A DNA stretch of 56,382 bases. Origin: a bacterium (GTDB taxonomy: Bacteria; Sysuimicrobiota; Sysuimicrobiia; Sysuimicrobiales; Kaftiobacteriaceae). The stretch's first letter is position 1, and each line of letters opens with the position of its first letter. Shown one piece after another: positions 16,633 through 28,111 of this stretch. The DNA lies in contig DASUAK010000022.1 in the NCBI GenBank assembly GCA_035763845.1, positions 1 through 56,382 on the forward strand. The letters are read 5' to 3'. Both the position numbers and the translations under genes were made by a program. A model generated the notes under the pieces. It did not search any database. It was not told the DNA's origin and saw nothing but the letters and a program-made list of their open reading frames with translations.

Positions 16633-18246
16633 ATGACGGACGGGAGACCGGACGCTATCCTAGCACAGGGGCGCGGGCCGGACAAGCAACGGGGCCCCAT
16701 CTCCGGCGCTCTGGCCCGCGCGGCGACACTGATGGCCGGAGCAACGGTCCTCAGCCGGCTGCTCGGTCTCGTACGCGAGGTGGTGGCCGCGGCGCTCTTC
16801 GGCGCCACCAGCGCGAAGGCCGCCTACGTCATCGCCTACTACGTTCCGTTCTTCGTGCAGCGCCTGCTGCTCGGGGGCACGCTCAGCATCGTCTTCATCC
16901 CCACGATCAGCCGCTACCTGGCCCGGGGCGAGACCGGCGAGGCCCGGGCGGTCTCCGCCAACCTGTTCACCCTGGTGCTGCTCCTGGGGCTGGGCATGGC
17001 CGCGGTGGGGCAGCTCATCGCGCCGCTGCTCGTGCCCCTGGCCGCGCCGGGATTCGCCGCCGAGCCCGGGCTGATCGCGCTGGCCGTCCGCCTCACCCGC
17101 ATCATCTTCGTGGCGATGGTTTTCCTCGCGCTGTCGGTGTTCGTGACGGGCTTCCTGCAGGCGCACGAATCGTTCACCGTGCCGGCGGCCGCGCCGCTCG
17201 TCTTCAACGCCGTGATCATCGCCGGGACGCTGCTCCTCGGCGTGCGGTACGGGATCGAAGGGCTGGCCGTGAGCTGGGTCCTCGGCACGGCGGCGCAGTT
17301 CCTCGTGCAGCTGCCCGCGGCCCGGGCCCGGGGGCTGCGCTTCGGCCGCCCGAATCTTCGCCACCCCGCGGTGGCCGGCCTGGGCCGGCTGGCCGTGCCG
17401 GCGATGCTGGGGCTCGCGGTGATCGAGATCAACGCCTACGTCGGGCGATTCTTCGCCTCATTCATCCCCCCCGCGGCGAACGCCAACGCCGTCGCGGTGC
17501 TCGATTACGCCTACGAGGTCGTGCAGGCTCCGGCGGGAATCTTCGCGATCTCCATCGCCACGGCGATCTTCCCCCTGCTGTCCGCCCACGCCGCGACGGG
17601 CTCCCGTGGCGAGCTGCGCGCGGCGGCGATGCTCGCCCTGCGCACCCTGCTGGTGATCATCCTGCCGGTGGCCGCCTTCGCCGTGGTCCTGCGCGAGCCC
17701 CTCATCCGGCTGCTGTTCGAGCGCGGTCTGTTCACGGGTGGGGCGACGGCCGCCGTGGCCTCCGCCATGGCGGCGTACGCGCTCGGCCTGCCCGCGGTCG
17801 CGGCCTACTACGTGCTGACCCGCGCCTACTACGCGCTGCATGACATGGCCACCCCCGTGCGGATCGGGGCCGGGATGATCCTGCTCAACGCCCTCCTCGA
17901 CTATCTGTTCATGCGGTGGTGGGGCGCGAGCGGGATCGCCCTCGCCACGTCGGTGGTGGCTACCGCGAACACCGGCGCGCTTCTCTACGTGCTGCGCCGG
18001 CGGCTGGAGGGGATCGAGGGCCGGCGCGTCGGCTCCACGCTGCTGCGGGCCGGGGCGGCGGCGTTGCTCAGCGCCGGGGTCATGGCCGTCGCGGCGCGGG
18101 CCGTCGGGCCGGGGACGGTGCTGCCCCTGGCGGCGGGCGGGGCCGCCGGGGCGGCGGCGTACGTGCTGCTGTCGAAGCTGCTCCGCGTGGAGGAGCTGGG
18201 CGGGGCCTGGGGCATGATCACACGGCGGAGAGGGGCCGTGCGTTGA
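16633..18246 (+). CDS. murJ: Lipid II flippase MurJ
   Basis: MAGATVLSRLLGLVREVVAAALFG is the MurJ N-terminal signature, followed by ~14 TM segments. Start is uncertain: ATG 16633 lies 15 nt from the rpsT start, and ATG 16732 is the alternative. Confidence 0.88.
   Translation: MTDGRPDAILAQGRGPDKQRGPISGALARAATLMAGATVLSRLLGLVREVVAAALFGATSAKAAYVIAYYVPFFVQRLLLGGTLSIVFIPTISRYLARGETGEARAVSANLFTLVLLLGLGMAAVGQLIAPLLVPLAAPGFAAEPGLIALAVRLTRIIFVAMVFLALSVFVTGFLQAHESFTVPAAAPLVFNAVIIAGTLLLGVRYGIEGLAVSWVLGTAAQFLVQLPAARARGLRFGRPNLRHPAVAGLGRLAVPAMLGLAVIEINAYVGRFFASFIPPAANANAVAVLDYAYEVVQAPAGIFAISIATAIFPLLSAHAATGSRGELRAAAMLALRTLLVIILPVAAFAVVLREPLIRLLFERGLFTGGATAAVASAMAAYALGLPAVAAYYVLTRAYYALHDMATPVRIGAGMILLNALLDYLFMRWWGASGIALATSVVATANTGALLYVLRRRLEGIEGRRVGSTLLRAGAAALLSAGVMAVAARAVGPGTVLPLAAGGAAGAAAYVLLSKLLRVEELGGAWGMITRRRGAVR
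16657..16685 (-). promoter_or_regulatory. Candidate rpsT promoter
   Basis: On the minus strand: TTGTCC (16680-16685), 17-nt spacer, TGC-TAGGAT extended -10 (16657-16665). Confidence 0.4.
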
Positions 18247-18272
18247 CACCCGGAAAATCCGGGTGGTATCGT
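18243..18272 (+). promoter_or_regulatory. Sigma-A type promoter of the hrcA operon
   Basis: TTGACA (18243-18248, overlapping the murJ stop), 18-nt spacer (the 15 nt before the TG extension plus TGG), extended -10 TGGTATCGT (18264-18272). Confidence 0.6.
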
Positions 18273-18284
18273 TACGGCAGGCCG

Positions 18285-18311
18285 TTAGCACTCCGCTGAC
18301 CCGAGTGCTAA
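18285..18311 (+). promoter_or_regulatory. CIRCE operator (HrcA binding site)
   Basis: TTAGCACTC-N9-GAGTGCTAA is a perfect match to the CIRCE consensus, placed between the promoter and the hrcA start. Confidence 0.95.
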
Positions 18312-18323
18312 GAGGTGGGGCCC

Positions 18324-19352
18324 GTGCTCGAGCTGGACGCGCGCAAGCAGGAGATCCTCAGGGCGGTCATCCACACATACGTGACCGAGGCCGAGCCCGT
18401 CGGCTCGGAGCGGATCGTGCAGTTCCTCCGCGCCCGGGTCAGCCCGGCGACGATCCGCAACGAGATGGCGGCGCTCGAGGAGCTCGGCGTCCTGATGCAC
18501 CCGCACACCTCCGCCGGCCGTGTGCCCACCGACCAGGGATATCGCCTCTACGTGGATCTGCTGCTGCGCGAAGAGCAGCCCAGCCACCGCGAGCGCACCC
18601 GCCTGCGGCGCCTCCTCGGCGAGCACGAGGAGGTCGACCGGCTGGCCGGCGCCGTGGCGCACGCGCTGGCCTCCGTCACCGACTACGCCTCGGTGGTCAG
18701 CGCCCCGCTGCCCGAGCGGCAGCTGTTCAAGCACCTGCACTTCATCCCCCTCGGCTCCACACAGGTCATGGCTGTGATCGTGACCGACGGCGGCGGGATC
18801 CACGGCCGCGCCTTCGACGCCCGCGAGCGCCTCGAGCCGGAAGCGCTGGACCGCCTTTCCCGCGTCGTCAGCCAGGCGCTGCAGGGGTACGCCCTCGACG
18901 AGATCACGGAGGATCTGCTGGCGCGGATGGTGGACGAGGCGGCCTGGCAGCAGCGCATCCTCCTTGCCATCCTGGAGTGGCTGCGCGAGCGGCTGCGCGC
19001 GGCGGCCGCGCGGCGCGTCTACATCGAGGGCGCCGCGAACATCCTCAAACAGCCGGAGTTCCGGGACGCGCGGGCGGCCGGCCTGGTGCTGGCCGCGCTC
19101 GAGGACGAGCATGTCGTCGCCGAGCTGCTGGCCGCCGCTCCCGAGCGGGACGTCTGGGTGACGATCGGCAGCGAGCACCGCCGCGAGGAGCTGCGGGGCA
19201 CCAGCGTCGTGGCCGCGCCCTACACGATGCATGGCCACGTGGCCGGGGCCCTCGGCATCGTCGGGCCGACGCGGATGCGCTACGGGCGCGCCATCGCCCT
19301 CGTCCGCTACCTCGCGCTCAGCCTCGGCGAGATCCTCGGCGAGACGTCGTAA
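18324..19352 (+). CDS. hrcA: Heat-inducible transcription repressor HrcA
   Basis: LELDARKQEILRAVIHTYVTEAEPVGSERIV is a canonical HrcA N-terminus. GTG 18324 has GAGG 8 nt upstream; the ORF-track start 18315 has no spacer. Confidence 0.95.
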   Translation: MLELDARKQEILRAVIHTYVTEAEPVGSERIVQFLRARVSPATIRNEMAALEELGVLMHPHTSAGRVPTDQGYRLYVDLLLREEQPSHRERTRLRRLLGEHEEVDRLAGAVAHALASVTDYASVVSAPLPERQLFKHLHFIPLGSTQVMAVIVTDGGGIHGRAFDARERLEPEALDRLSRVVSQALQGYALDEITEDLLARMVDEAAWQQRILLAILEWLRERLRAAAARRVYIEGAANILKQPEFRDARAAGLVLAALEDEHVVAELLAAAPERDVWVTIGSEHRREELRGTSVVAAPYTMHGHVAGALGIVGPTRMRYGRAIALVRYLALSLGEILGETS

Positions 19353-19355
19353 CCG

Positions 19356-20444
19356 ATGCGCGACTACTACGCCGTCCTGGGCATCGGTCGCACGGCATCC
19401 CAGGACGAGATCAAGCAGGCCTTCCGGCGCCTCGCCCGCGAGCATCACCCCGACGTCAAGAAGGACGATCCCCAGGCGGACGAGCGGTTCAAGGAGATCA
19501 ACGAAGCCTATCAGATCCTGAGCAACCCGGAGGCCCGCGCGCAGTACGACCGCTTCGGCACGGTCCAGCCCGGCGCGATGCGGGACAGCGGCTTCGGTCC
19601 GTTCGAGGATATCTTCGACATGTTCTTCGGGCGGCGCGGCCGGACCTCACCAGACGCGCCGGAGCGGGGCAGCGACCTGCGCTACGATCTCGAACTCACC
19701 CTCGAAGAGGCGGCTTCCGGCGTCGAGAAGACGATCGAGGTCGCCCGCCTGGAGACCTGCGCGTCGTGCTTCGGCACCGGCGCCGAGCGCGGCTCCGTTC
19801 CTGAAACCTGCGGCGCGTGCCGCGGGGCGGGCGAAGTCCGCTACTCGCAGCGCACGGTGTTCGGCTCGTTCACCCAGATCGGTCCCTGCTCCACCTGCGG
19901 CGGGACCGGGAAGGTCATCCGCGATCCCTGCCGGACCTGCGGCGGGAGCGGCCGGGCCGAGGCCGCGCGCTCGCTCTCGGTGAAGGTGCCCGCGGGCGTG
20001 GACACGGGGATGCGACTGCGCCTGGCGGGGGAGGGCGAGAGCGGCGCCCGCGGGGGCGAGCGGGGCGACCTCTACGTCTTCATCCACCTGCAGCCGCATC
20101 CCGTCTTCGAGCGGCGCGGGCGGGACCTCTTCACTGCGGTCCCCGTCTCCATCGCGCAGGCCGCCCTGGGGGACGAGGTGGAGATCCCGACCCTGGACGG
20201 GCGGGTCACGCAGGCCGTCCCGCCGGGGGTGCAGCCGGGCGCCCGGCTCACGCTGCGGGGGAAGGGCATGCCCGATCCGCGCGGCGGCCGGGGCGACCTC
20301 CACGTGCGCCTGGACGTACGGGTGCCTACGGACCTGTCCGACGCCGAGCGCAAGGCGCTGCTCGCGTTCGCGCAGCTGCGCGGCGAGCAGGTGAAGCCCC
20401 AGCGCAAGAAGCTCTCCGCCAAGGTCAAAGACCTCCTCCAGTGA
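19356..20444 (+). CDS. dnaJ: Molecular chaperone DnaJ (type I)
   Basis: J domain with HPD (REHHPDV), a G/F-rich stretch, and four CxxCxGxG motifs (CASCFGTG, CGACRGAG, CSTCGGTG, CRTCGGSG). Confidence 0.97.
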   Translation: MRDYYAVLGIGRTASQDEIKQAFRRLAREHHPDVKKDDPQADERFKEINEAYQILSNPEARAQYDRFGTVQPGAMRDSGFGPFEDIFDMFFGRRGRTSPDAPERGSDLRYDLELTLEEAASGVEKTIEVARLETCASCFGTGAERGSVPETCGACRGAGEVRYSQRTVFGSFTQIGPCSTCGGTGKVIRDPCRTCGGSGRAEAARSLSVKVPAGVDTGMRLRLAGEGESGARGGERGDLYVFIHLQPHPVFERRGRDLFTAVPVSIAQAALGDEVEIPTLDGRVTQAVPPGVQPGARLTLRGKGMPDPRGGRGDLHVRLDVRVPTDLSDAERKALLAFAQLRGEQVKPQRKKLSAKVKDLLQ

Positions 20445-21307
20445 AGTGGCTGGAGATCACCGTCACCACGGCGCGCGAAGCCGCCGAGGCGGTGTGCGAC
20501 ATCCTGCTGGCGTCCCGCGGCGGCGGCGTCGCTGAGGACGCCGCTCCGCCGGGGCTCGCCCGGCTGCGCGGCTATCTGCCCGCCGGCCCGGCCGCCGAGG
20601 CCAGCGTGGCCGCCATCACCTCCAGCGTGCGCGCGCTCGGCCGCTTCGGTCTGGATCCGGGGCCCGCCGCGGTGGAGGTGCGGGAGATCGAGGACGAGGA
20701 TTGGGCCCACGCCTGGAAGGCGCACTTCAAGCCGTTCGCGGTGGGGCGCTTGTGGATCACGCCGACGTGGGACCGCTCGCCGCCGCCGGAGGGGGCGGTG
20801 GTGGTCGAGATCGATCCCGGGATGGCCTTCGGGACCGGGCTGCACCCCTCCACGCAGATGTGCCTGGACGTCCTCGACGCGCGGGTGCGCGGCGGCGAGA
20901 GGGTGTTCGACGTCGGCACGGGCTCGGGCATCCTGGCCATCGCGGCGGCGAAGCTGGGGGCCGCGTCCGTCCTGGCGCGGGATGACGACCCCGTCGCGGT
21001 GGCGGTGGCGCGGAGCAACGCCGCCTACAACCGCGCGGCCGATCGGGTGACCGTCGAGGAGGGCGACCTGCTGGCCGGCGTGCGCGACCAGGCCGACGCC
21101 GTCCTCGCCAACCTCACCGCCGGCGCGCACCTTGTCTTCCTCCCGCGGGCCCGCCCCGCGCTGCGGCCGCGCGGGTGGCTCGCGGCTTCGGGGATCGTCG
21201 CCCCACGCCTCGCCGCGGTCGAGGCGGCGTCGCGCGAGGCCGGATTCACCGTGCTGCAGATTCTGGAGAGCGGCGAGTGGCGCTGCCTCGTCCTGGGAGC
21301 TGAGTAG
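20441..21307 (+). CDS. prmA: Ribosomal protein L11 methyltransferase
   Basis: GTG 20441 overlaps the dnaJ stop (GTGA). WLEITVTT..., DPGMAFGTGLHPST, and the SAM motif DVGTGSGILAIAA. Confidence 0.93.
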   Translation: MKWLEITVTTAREAAEAVCDILLASRGGGVAEDAAPPGLARLRGYLPAGPAAEASVAAITSSVRALGRFGLDPGPAAVEVREIEDEDWAHAWKAHFKPFAVGRLWITPTWDRSPPPEGAVVVEIDPGMAFGTGLHPSTQMCLDVLDARVRGGERVFDVGTGSGILAIAAAKLGAASVLARDDDPVAVAVARSNAAYNRAADRVTVEEGDLLAGVRDQADAVLANLTAGAHLVFLPRARPALRPRGWLAASGIVAPRLAAVEAASREAGFTVLQILESGEWRCLVLGAE

Positions 21308-21312
21308 CGCCG

Positions 21313-22032
21313 ATGCGCCGCTTCTTCGCCCCGGAAGGCGAGCGCGAGGGATGGATCACCCTCCGCGGCCGTGAAGCGCACCACCTGGCGGTGGTGCTGC
21401 GTCTGCGGCCGGGGGAGTCGGTGATCGCCGTCGACGCGGCCGGCCGCGAGCATGTCGTCCGCCTCACCGCCGTGGGCCCGGAGGAGGCGCGGGGCGAGGT
21501 GCTCGAGACCCGGCCGGGGACGGCGGTCGCGGTCGACGTCGTCCTCGTCCAGGGCGTGCCCAAGGGTTCGAAGATGGACGACATCGTCCGAATGGGCACC
21601 GAGCTCGGCATCGCCGAGTTCATCCCCGTGCTGACGAAGCGCACCGTGGCGGAGGGCCGCGGGCGTGCGGAGCGCTGGCGGCGCATCGCGGTCGAGGCGG
21701 CGAAGCAGAGCCGCCGGGCCGGCGTGCCGGAGGTGCTCGACCCGATGCCGTTCGCATCCGCCCTGGATCATCTGGCCGGCGCGGATCTCATCCTGCTGCT
21801 GTGGGAGGGCGAGCGGACGCGGTCGCTGGGGGACGTCCTGCGGGACGCCGCCCCCCGCCGGGTGGCCGTGCTTGTCGGTCCCGAAGGGGGATTCGACGAG
21901 GCCGAGGTGCGTGAGGCGGCCGGCCGGGGCGCCGTGCCCGTCACCCTGGGTCCGCTGATCCTCCGGACGGAGACCGCGGGGATGGCCGCCGCCGCGATGG
22001 TACTTTACGAACTGACCCTCCGGCGCGTATAA
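21313..22032 (+). CDS. rsmE: 16S rRNA (uracil1498-N3)-methyltransferase
   Basis: MRRFFAPE... and VLVGPEGGFDEAEV, the RsmE family signature. Conserved position after prmA. Confidence 0.93.
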   Translation: MRRFFAPEGEREGWITLRGREAHHLAVVLRLRPGESVIAVDAAGREHVVRLTAVGPEEARGEVLETRPGTAVAVDVVLVQGVPKGSKMDDIVRMGTELGIAEFIPVLTKRTVAEGRGRAERWRRIAVEAAKQSRRAGVPEVLDPMPFASALDHLAGADLILLLWEGERTRSLGDVLRDAAPRRVAVLVGPEGGFDEAEVREAAGRGAVPVTLGPLILRTETAGMAAAAMVLYELTLRRV

Positions 22033-22033
22033 T
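22004..22033 (+). promoter_or_regulatory. Candidate promoter of the carA leader
   Basis: TTTACG (22004-22009), 18-nt spacer, perfect TATAAT (22028-22033). The rsmE stop TAA (22030-22032) lies inside the -10 box. Confidence 0.45.
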
Positions 22034-22088
22034 CCGCTGAGAACCGTACGACACGTTCGCGACCATTAACGGTACCCCGGGAGGGACC

Positions 22089-22154
22089 ATGGCGCGCGCA
22101 GGCCGGCCGTCCTCATCGCACGGAGCCCGCATCCCCGGGCTCCGTTTTTCATGA
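22089..22154 (+). CDS. Candidate 21-codon leader peptide (uORF) of carA
   Basis: GGAGG (22080-22084), 4 nt, then ATG 22089. Encodes [21 protein letters not shown]. Its TGA (22152-22154) overlaps the carA ATG (ATGA). carA has no SD of its own. Confidence 0.35.
   Translation: MARAGRPSSSHGARIPGLRFS
22121..22149 (+). terminator. Intrinsic terminator or attenuator abutting the carA start codon
   Basis: CGGAGCCCG (22121-22129) pairs with CGGGCTCCG (22136-22144) around a 6-nt loop. Followed by TTTTT (22145-22149), and the carA ATG is at 22151. Confidence 0.75.
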
Positions 22155-23186
22155 CCGCTTTCCTCGTGCTGGAAGACGGGGCCGTCTTCCCCGGCCGCCG
22201 CATCGGCGTCCCCGACGGCGGCGCCGGCGAGGTCGTCTTCACCACCAGCATGACCGGCTACCAGGAAGTCCTCAGCGACCCCAGCTACCGCGGCCAGATC
22301 GTGACGATGGCCTACCCGCTGATCGGCAACTACGGTTTCAGCGCGGAGGCCTGGGAGGCTGAGGGCCCGCACGTCGCGGGCTTCGTCGTCCGGCATGACC
22401 ACGCCGGGTTGGACGGCTTCCTCCGCGAGGCGGAGGTGAGCGGGCTGGCCGGCGTCGACACCCGGGCCCTCGTCCTGCACCTCCGCACGCACGGCCTGCG
22501 GCGCGGGGTGATCGCCGACAGCCCCGGCCCGGAGGCGGTCCGCCGTGCCGCGGCGGTCGTACCGCCCGGGATGCGGGACCTGGTCGGCGAGGTCTCCTGC
22601 CGGGAGACCCGGCGCCTGCCCGGCCCCGGCCCCCGGATCGCCCTGATCGACTGCGGGGTGAAGGCGGGGATCGTCCAGGCCCTTCGCCGCCGCGGCTGCG
22701 AGGTCGTCCTGGTGCCGCACGACGCGGCACCGGCGGCGGTGGAGGCCCTCGATCCGGCAGGCGTCCTCGTCTCGAACGGTCCGGGCGACCCCGCGGTGCT
22801 GGCTTCCACGATCGCGACCGTGCGCGCTCTGGTGGAGCGCGTGCCGCTGATGGGCATCTGCCTGGGCCACCAGCTCCTCGCCCTGGCCCTGGGCGGCCGT
22901 ACATATAAGATGAAGTTCGGCCACCGCGGCAGCAACCAGCCGGTGCGGGAGGCATCGAACGGCCGTGTGATGATCACGACCCAGAACCATGGCTACGCGG
23001 TGGACCCGGCGCTCCCCCCGGACGTCGAGATCACCCATCTGAACCTGAACGACCACACCGTGGAGGGGCTCCGTCACCGCGAGCTCCCCGCCTTCTCCGT
23101 GCAGTTCCATCCCGAAGGTCGCCCGGGTCCTGGCGACGCCGAGGAGCTGTACGACCGGTTCCTGGCGATGGCGGACGAGGGGACGC

Positions 23187-23203
<17 letters not shown>
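22151..23203 (+). CDS. carA: Carbamoyl-phosphate synthase small (glutaminase) subunit
   Basis: [19 protein letters not shown]..., and a GATase triad region with ICLGHQLL. Confidence 0.97.
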
Positions 23204-26354
<3,151 letters not shown>

Positions 26355-26464
26355 CCCATGAGGCCACCTCGAAGTTCCAACAGTCTTCTCGCGTGGGAGT
26401 CTGTTCGTCTGGGCGTTTCACTCGCGGGGGCACATCGCTTGGCCGCTTCCAGCGCGGATGATGG

Positions 26465-26956
26465 TTACAGATGGAACGCTCTCGCCGGTGCTGGAGGGAA
26501 GGTGCCTCCTTCGACCTCCCGGACCAGCTGCCGGAGGACGTCACGGGCACGGTCCGCCTGGTCCCGCGAGATGTGCTTCAGACGTTCGGCCTCTTCGAAC
26601 TCGTCCTCGTCGAGCACGATGACAGCGCCGTCGGGCTCGATCCACAGATCGAGGAAGAGATCGACGACGGGCTCGAGCGTGGCGGGATCGGCCCCCGTCC
26701 ACCGCACCGGCTCGAGCACGTCCACGTAGTAGCCGGTCCACGTGCCGTCGGGGCGGTACACGCGGCCGACGTCGTAGGGCCGGTCCTTGAACAGGAACCA
26801 GATCCCCCAGTACCCGCGGTCGAGGACCACCTCGCCGCGCCGGCGCAGCGGCTGCGACGGCGCGTACTCCACCGCCGACACGAGCAGGTCGTCCCCGGCC
26901 TCGAGCAGCAGCGATCGGAGTTCCGCACGCCGATCCGGCGGGCGGATGTAGGTCAC
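26465..26956 (-). CDS. DUF402 domain protein (nucleoside tri/diphosphatase-like)
   Basis: GYWGIWFLF...RVYRPDGTWTGYYVDV...DLFLDLWIEPDGAVIVLDEDEF is typical DUF402. GTG 26956 has GGGGAG 6 nt upstream; the longest ORF would start at ATG 27001 without an SD. Confidence 0.78.
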   Translation of the reverse strand: MTYIRPPDRRAELRSLLLEAGDDLLVSAVEYAPSQPLRRRGEVVLDRGYWGIWFLFKDRPYDVGRVYRPDGTWTGYYVDVLEPVRWTGADPATLEPVVDLFLDLWIEPDGAVIVLDEDEFEEAERLKHISRDQADRARDVLRQLVREVEGGTFPPAPARAFHL

Positions 26957-26994
26957 GGTGATCTCCCCTTTGACACGCCGGGACGGGATCAAGG

Positions 26995-27033
26995 GTTGCA
27001 TGTTTATTCATCACTTTGGTATGATTATTCGCA
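26995..27033. promoter_or_regulatory. Tandem ARG boxes (ArgR/AhrC operator)
   Basis: GTTGCATGTTTATTCATC (26995-27012) and TTGGTATGATTATTCGCA (27016-27033) each match TNTGAATWWWWATTCANW at 14 of 18 positions. They are separated by 3 bp and sit in the only AT-rich patch of the region. Confidence 0.6.
26996..27025 (+). promoter_or_regulatory. Candidate argC promoter
   Basis: TTGCAT (26996-27001), 18-nt spacer (the 15 nt before the TG extension plus TGG), extended -10 TGGTATGAT (27017-27025). Fully covered by the ARG boxes. Confidence 0.5.
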
Positions 27034-27058
27034 CACCTGCTTGGCGCGGAGGAACGGC

Positions 27059-28096
27059 GTGACGATTCGGGCCAGCATCATCGGCGCATCGGGATACGGC
27101 GGGGGGGAGCTGGTGCGCCTGCTCGCCGGCCACCCGGAGGTGGCCCTCGCGCACCTCACCGCGGAGACGCGCGCCGGCGAGGCGATGGCCGACCTGTATC
27201 CGAACCTGCGGGGCTTCACCGCCGCGGTCACGGAGCCCGCCGACGCCGCGGCGATCGCCCGCGACTCCGACGTCGTCTTCATTGCGTTGCCGAACGGGCG
27301 GGCGATGGAGCTGGCGCCGGTGCTGGCGCCGCAGGCCCGGGTAATCGACCTGGGGGCGGACTTCCGCTTCCGCGATGCGCTGGTGTACGAGCGCTGGTAC
27401 AAGGCTGCGCACGCCCACCCCGACCTGCTGGACGGCGCGGCGTACGGTCTTACCGAGTTCCGGCGGGCCGAGATCCGGCGGGCCCGCATCGTGGGCAATC
27501 CGGGCTGCTACCCGACCGCGGCGCTGCTGGTCATCCTGCCGCTGCTGCAGGCCGGCGTGGTGGAGCGCGAGGGGATCATCGTCGACGCCAAATCCGGCGT
27601 CTCGGGCGCGGGGCGGTCGGCGACGATGGGCACACACTTCTCCGAGGTCAACGAGAACGTGACGCCCTACAACGTCGCCGCCCACCGGCACACGCCGGAG
27701 ATCGAGCAGGAGCTGTCCGCCCTGGCCGGCGGGCCGGTCGCCGTCGTCTTCACGCCGCACCTCATCCCGATGACGCGGGGGATCCTCGCCACCGTCTACC
27801 TCCGGGGGCGGGGCGGCCTGACGGCCGAACAGGGGACGGCGATCCTGCGGGAGGCCTACGCGGGCGAGCCGTTCGTGCGCGTCCTGGCCGAGGGACTGCC
27901 CCAGACGAAGGCGACCAGCGGCTCCAACTTCTGCGATGTGGCGGTGCGCGTGGACGGGCGGACCGGCACGGTGATCGCGATGGCGGCGCTGGACAATCTG
28001 GTCAAGGGCGCGAGCGGCCAGGCGATCCAGAACATGAACGTGATGCTCGGGTTCCCGGAGGAGTTGGGGCTGCGCGCTCCGGGGCTCTATCCCTAG
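27059..28096 (+). CDS. argC: N-acetyl-gamma-glutamyl-phosphate reductase
   Basis: IIGASGYGGGELVRLL and the active-site region GNPGCYPTA. GGAGGA 5 nt before GTG 27059. Confidence 0.96.
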   Translation: MTIRASIIGASGYGGGELVRLLAGHPEVALAHLTAETRAGEAMADLYPNLRGFTAAVTEPADAAAIARDSDVVFIALPNGRAMELAPVLAPQARVIDLGADFRFRDALVYERWYKAAHAHPDLLDGAAYGLTEFRRAEIRRARIVGNPGCYPTAALLVILPLLQAGVVEREGIIVDAKSGVSGAGRSATMGTHFSEVNENVTPYNVAAHRHTPEIEQELSALAGGPVAVVFTPHLIPMTRGILATVYLRGRGGLTAEQGTAILREAYAGEPFVRVLAEGLPQTKATSGSNFCDVAVRVDGRTGTVIAMAALDNLVKGASGQAIQNMNVMLGFPEELGLRAPGLYP

Positions 28097-28111
28097 GACG
28101 GGAGGACGGCC

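Noticed and set aside
22033-22150. Search of the carA leader for ARG boxes (TGAAT/ATTCA) or a PyrR-type binding loop. Also the 61-aa minus-strand ORF 22066-22251.
   Set aside because: No TGAAT/ATTCA half-sites and no ARUCCAGAGAGG-like motif are present. The minus ORF is antisense to the carA start with no start context.
26355-26464. Lower-GC 110-bp convergent spacer between carB and the DUF402 gene, searched for a bidirectional terminator or sRNA.
   Set aside because: Only 4-bp stems were found and there are no U/A tracts flanking a stable hairpin. Nothing is callable by eye.
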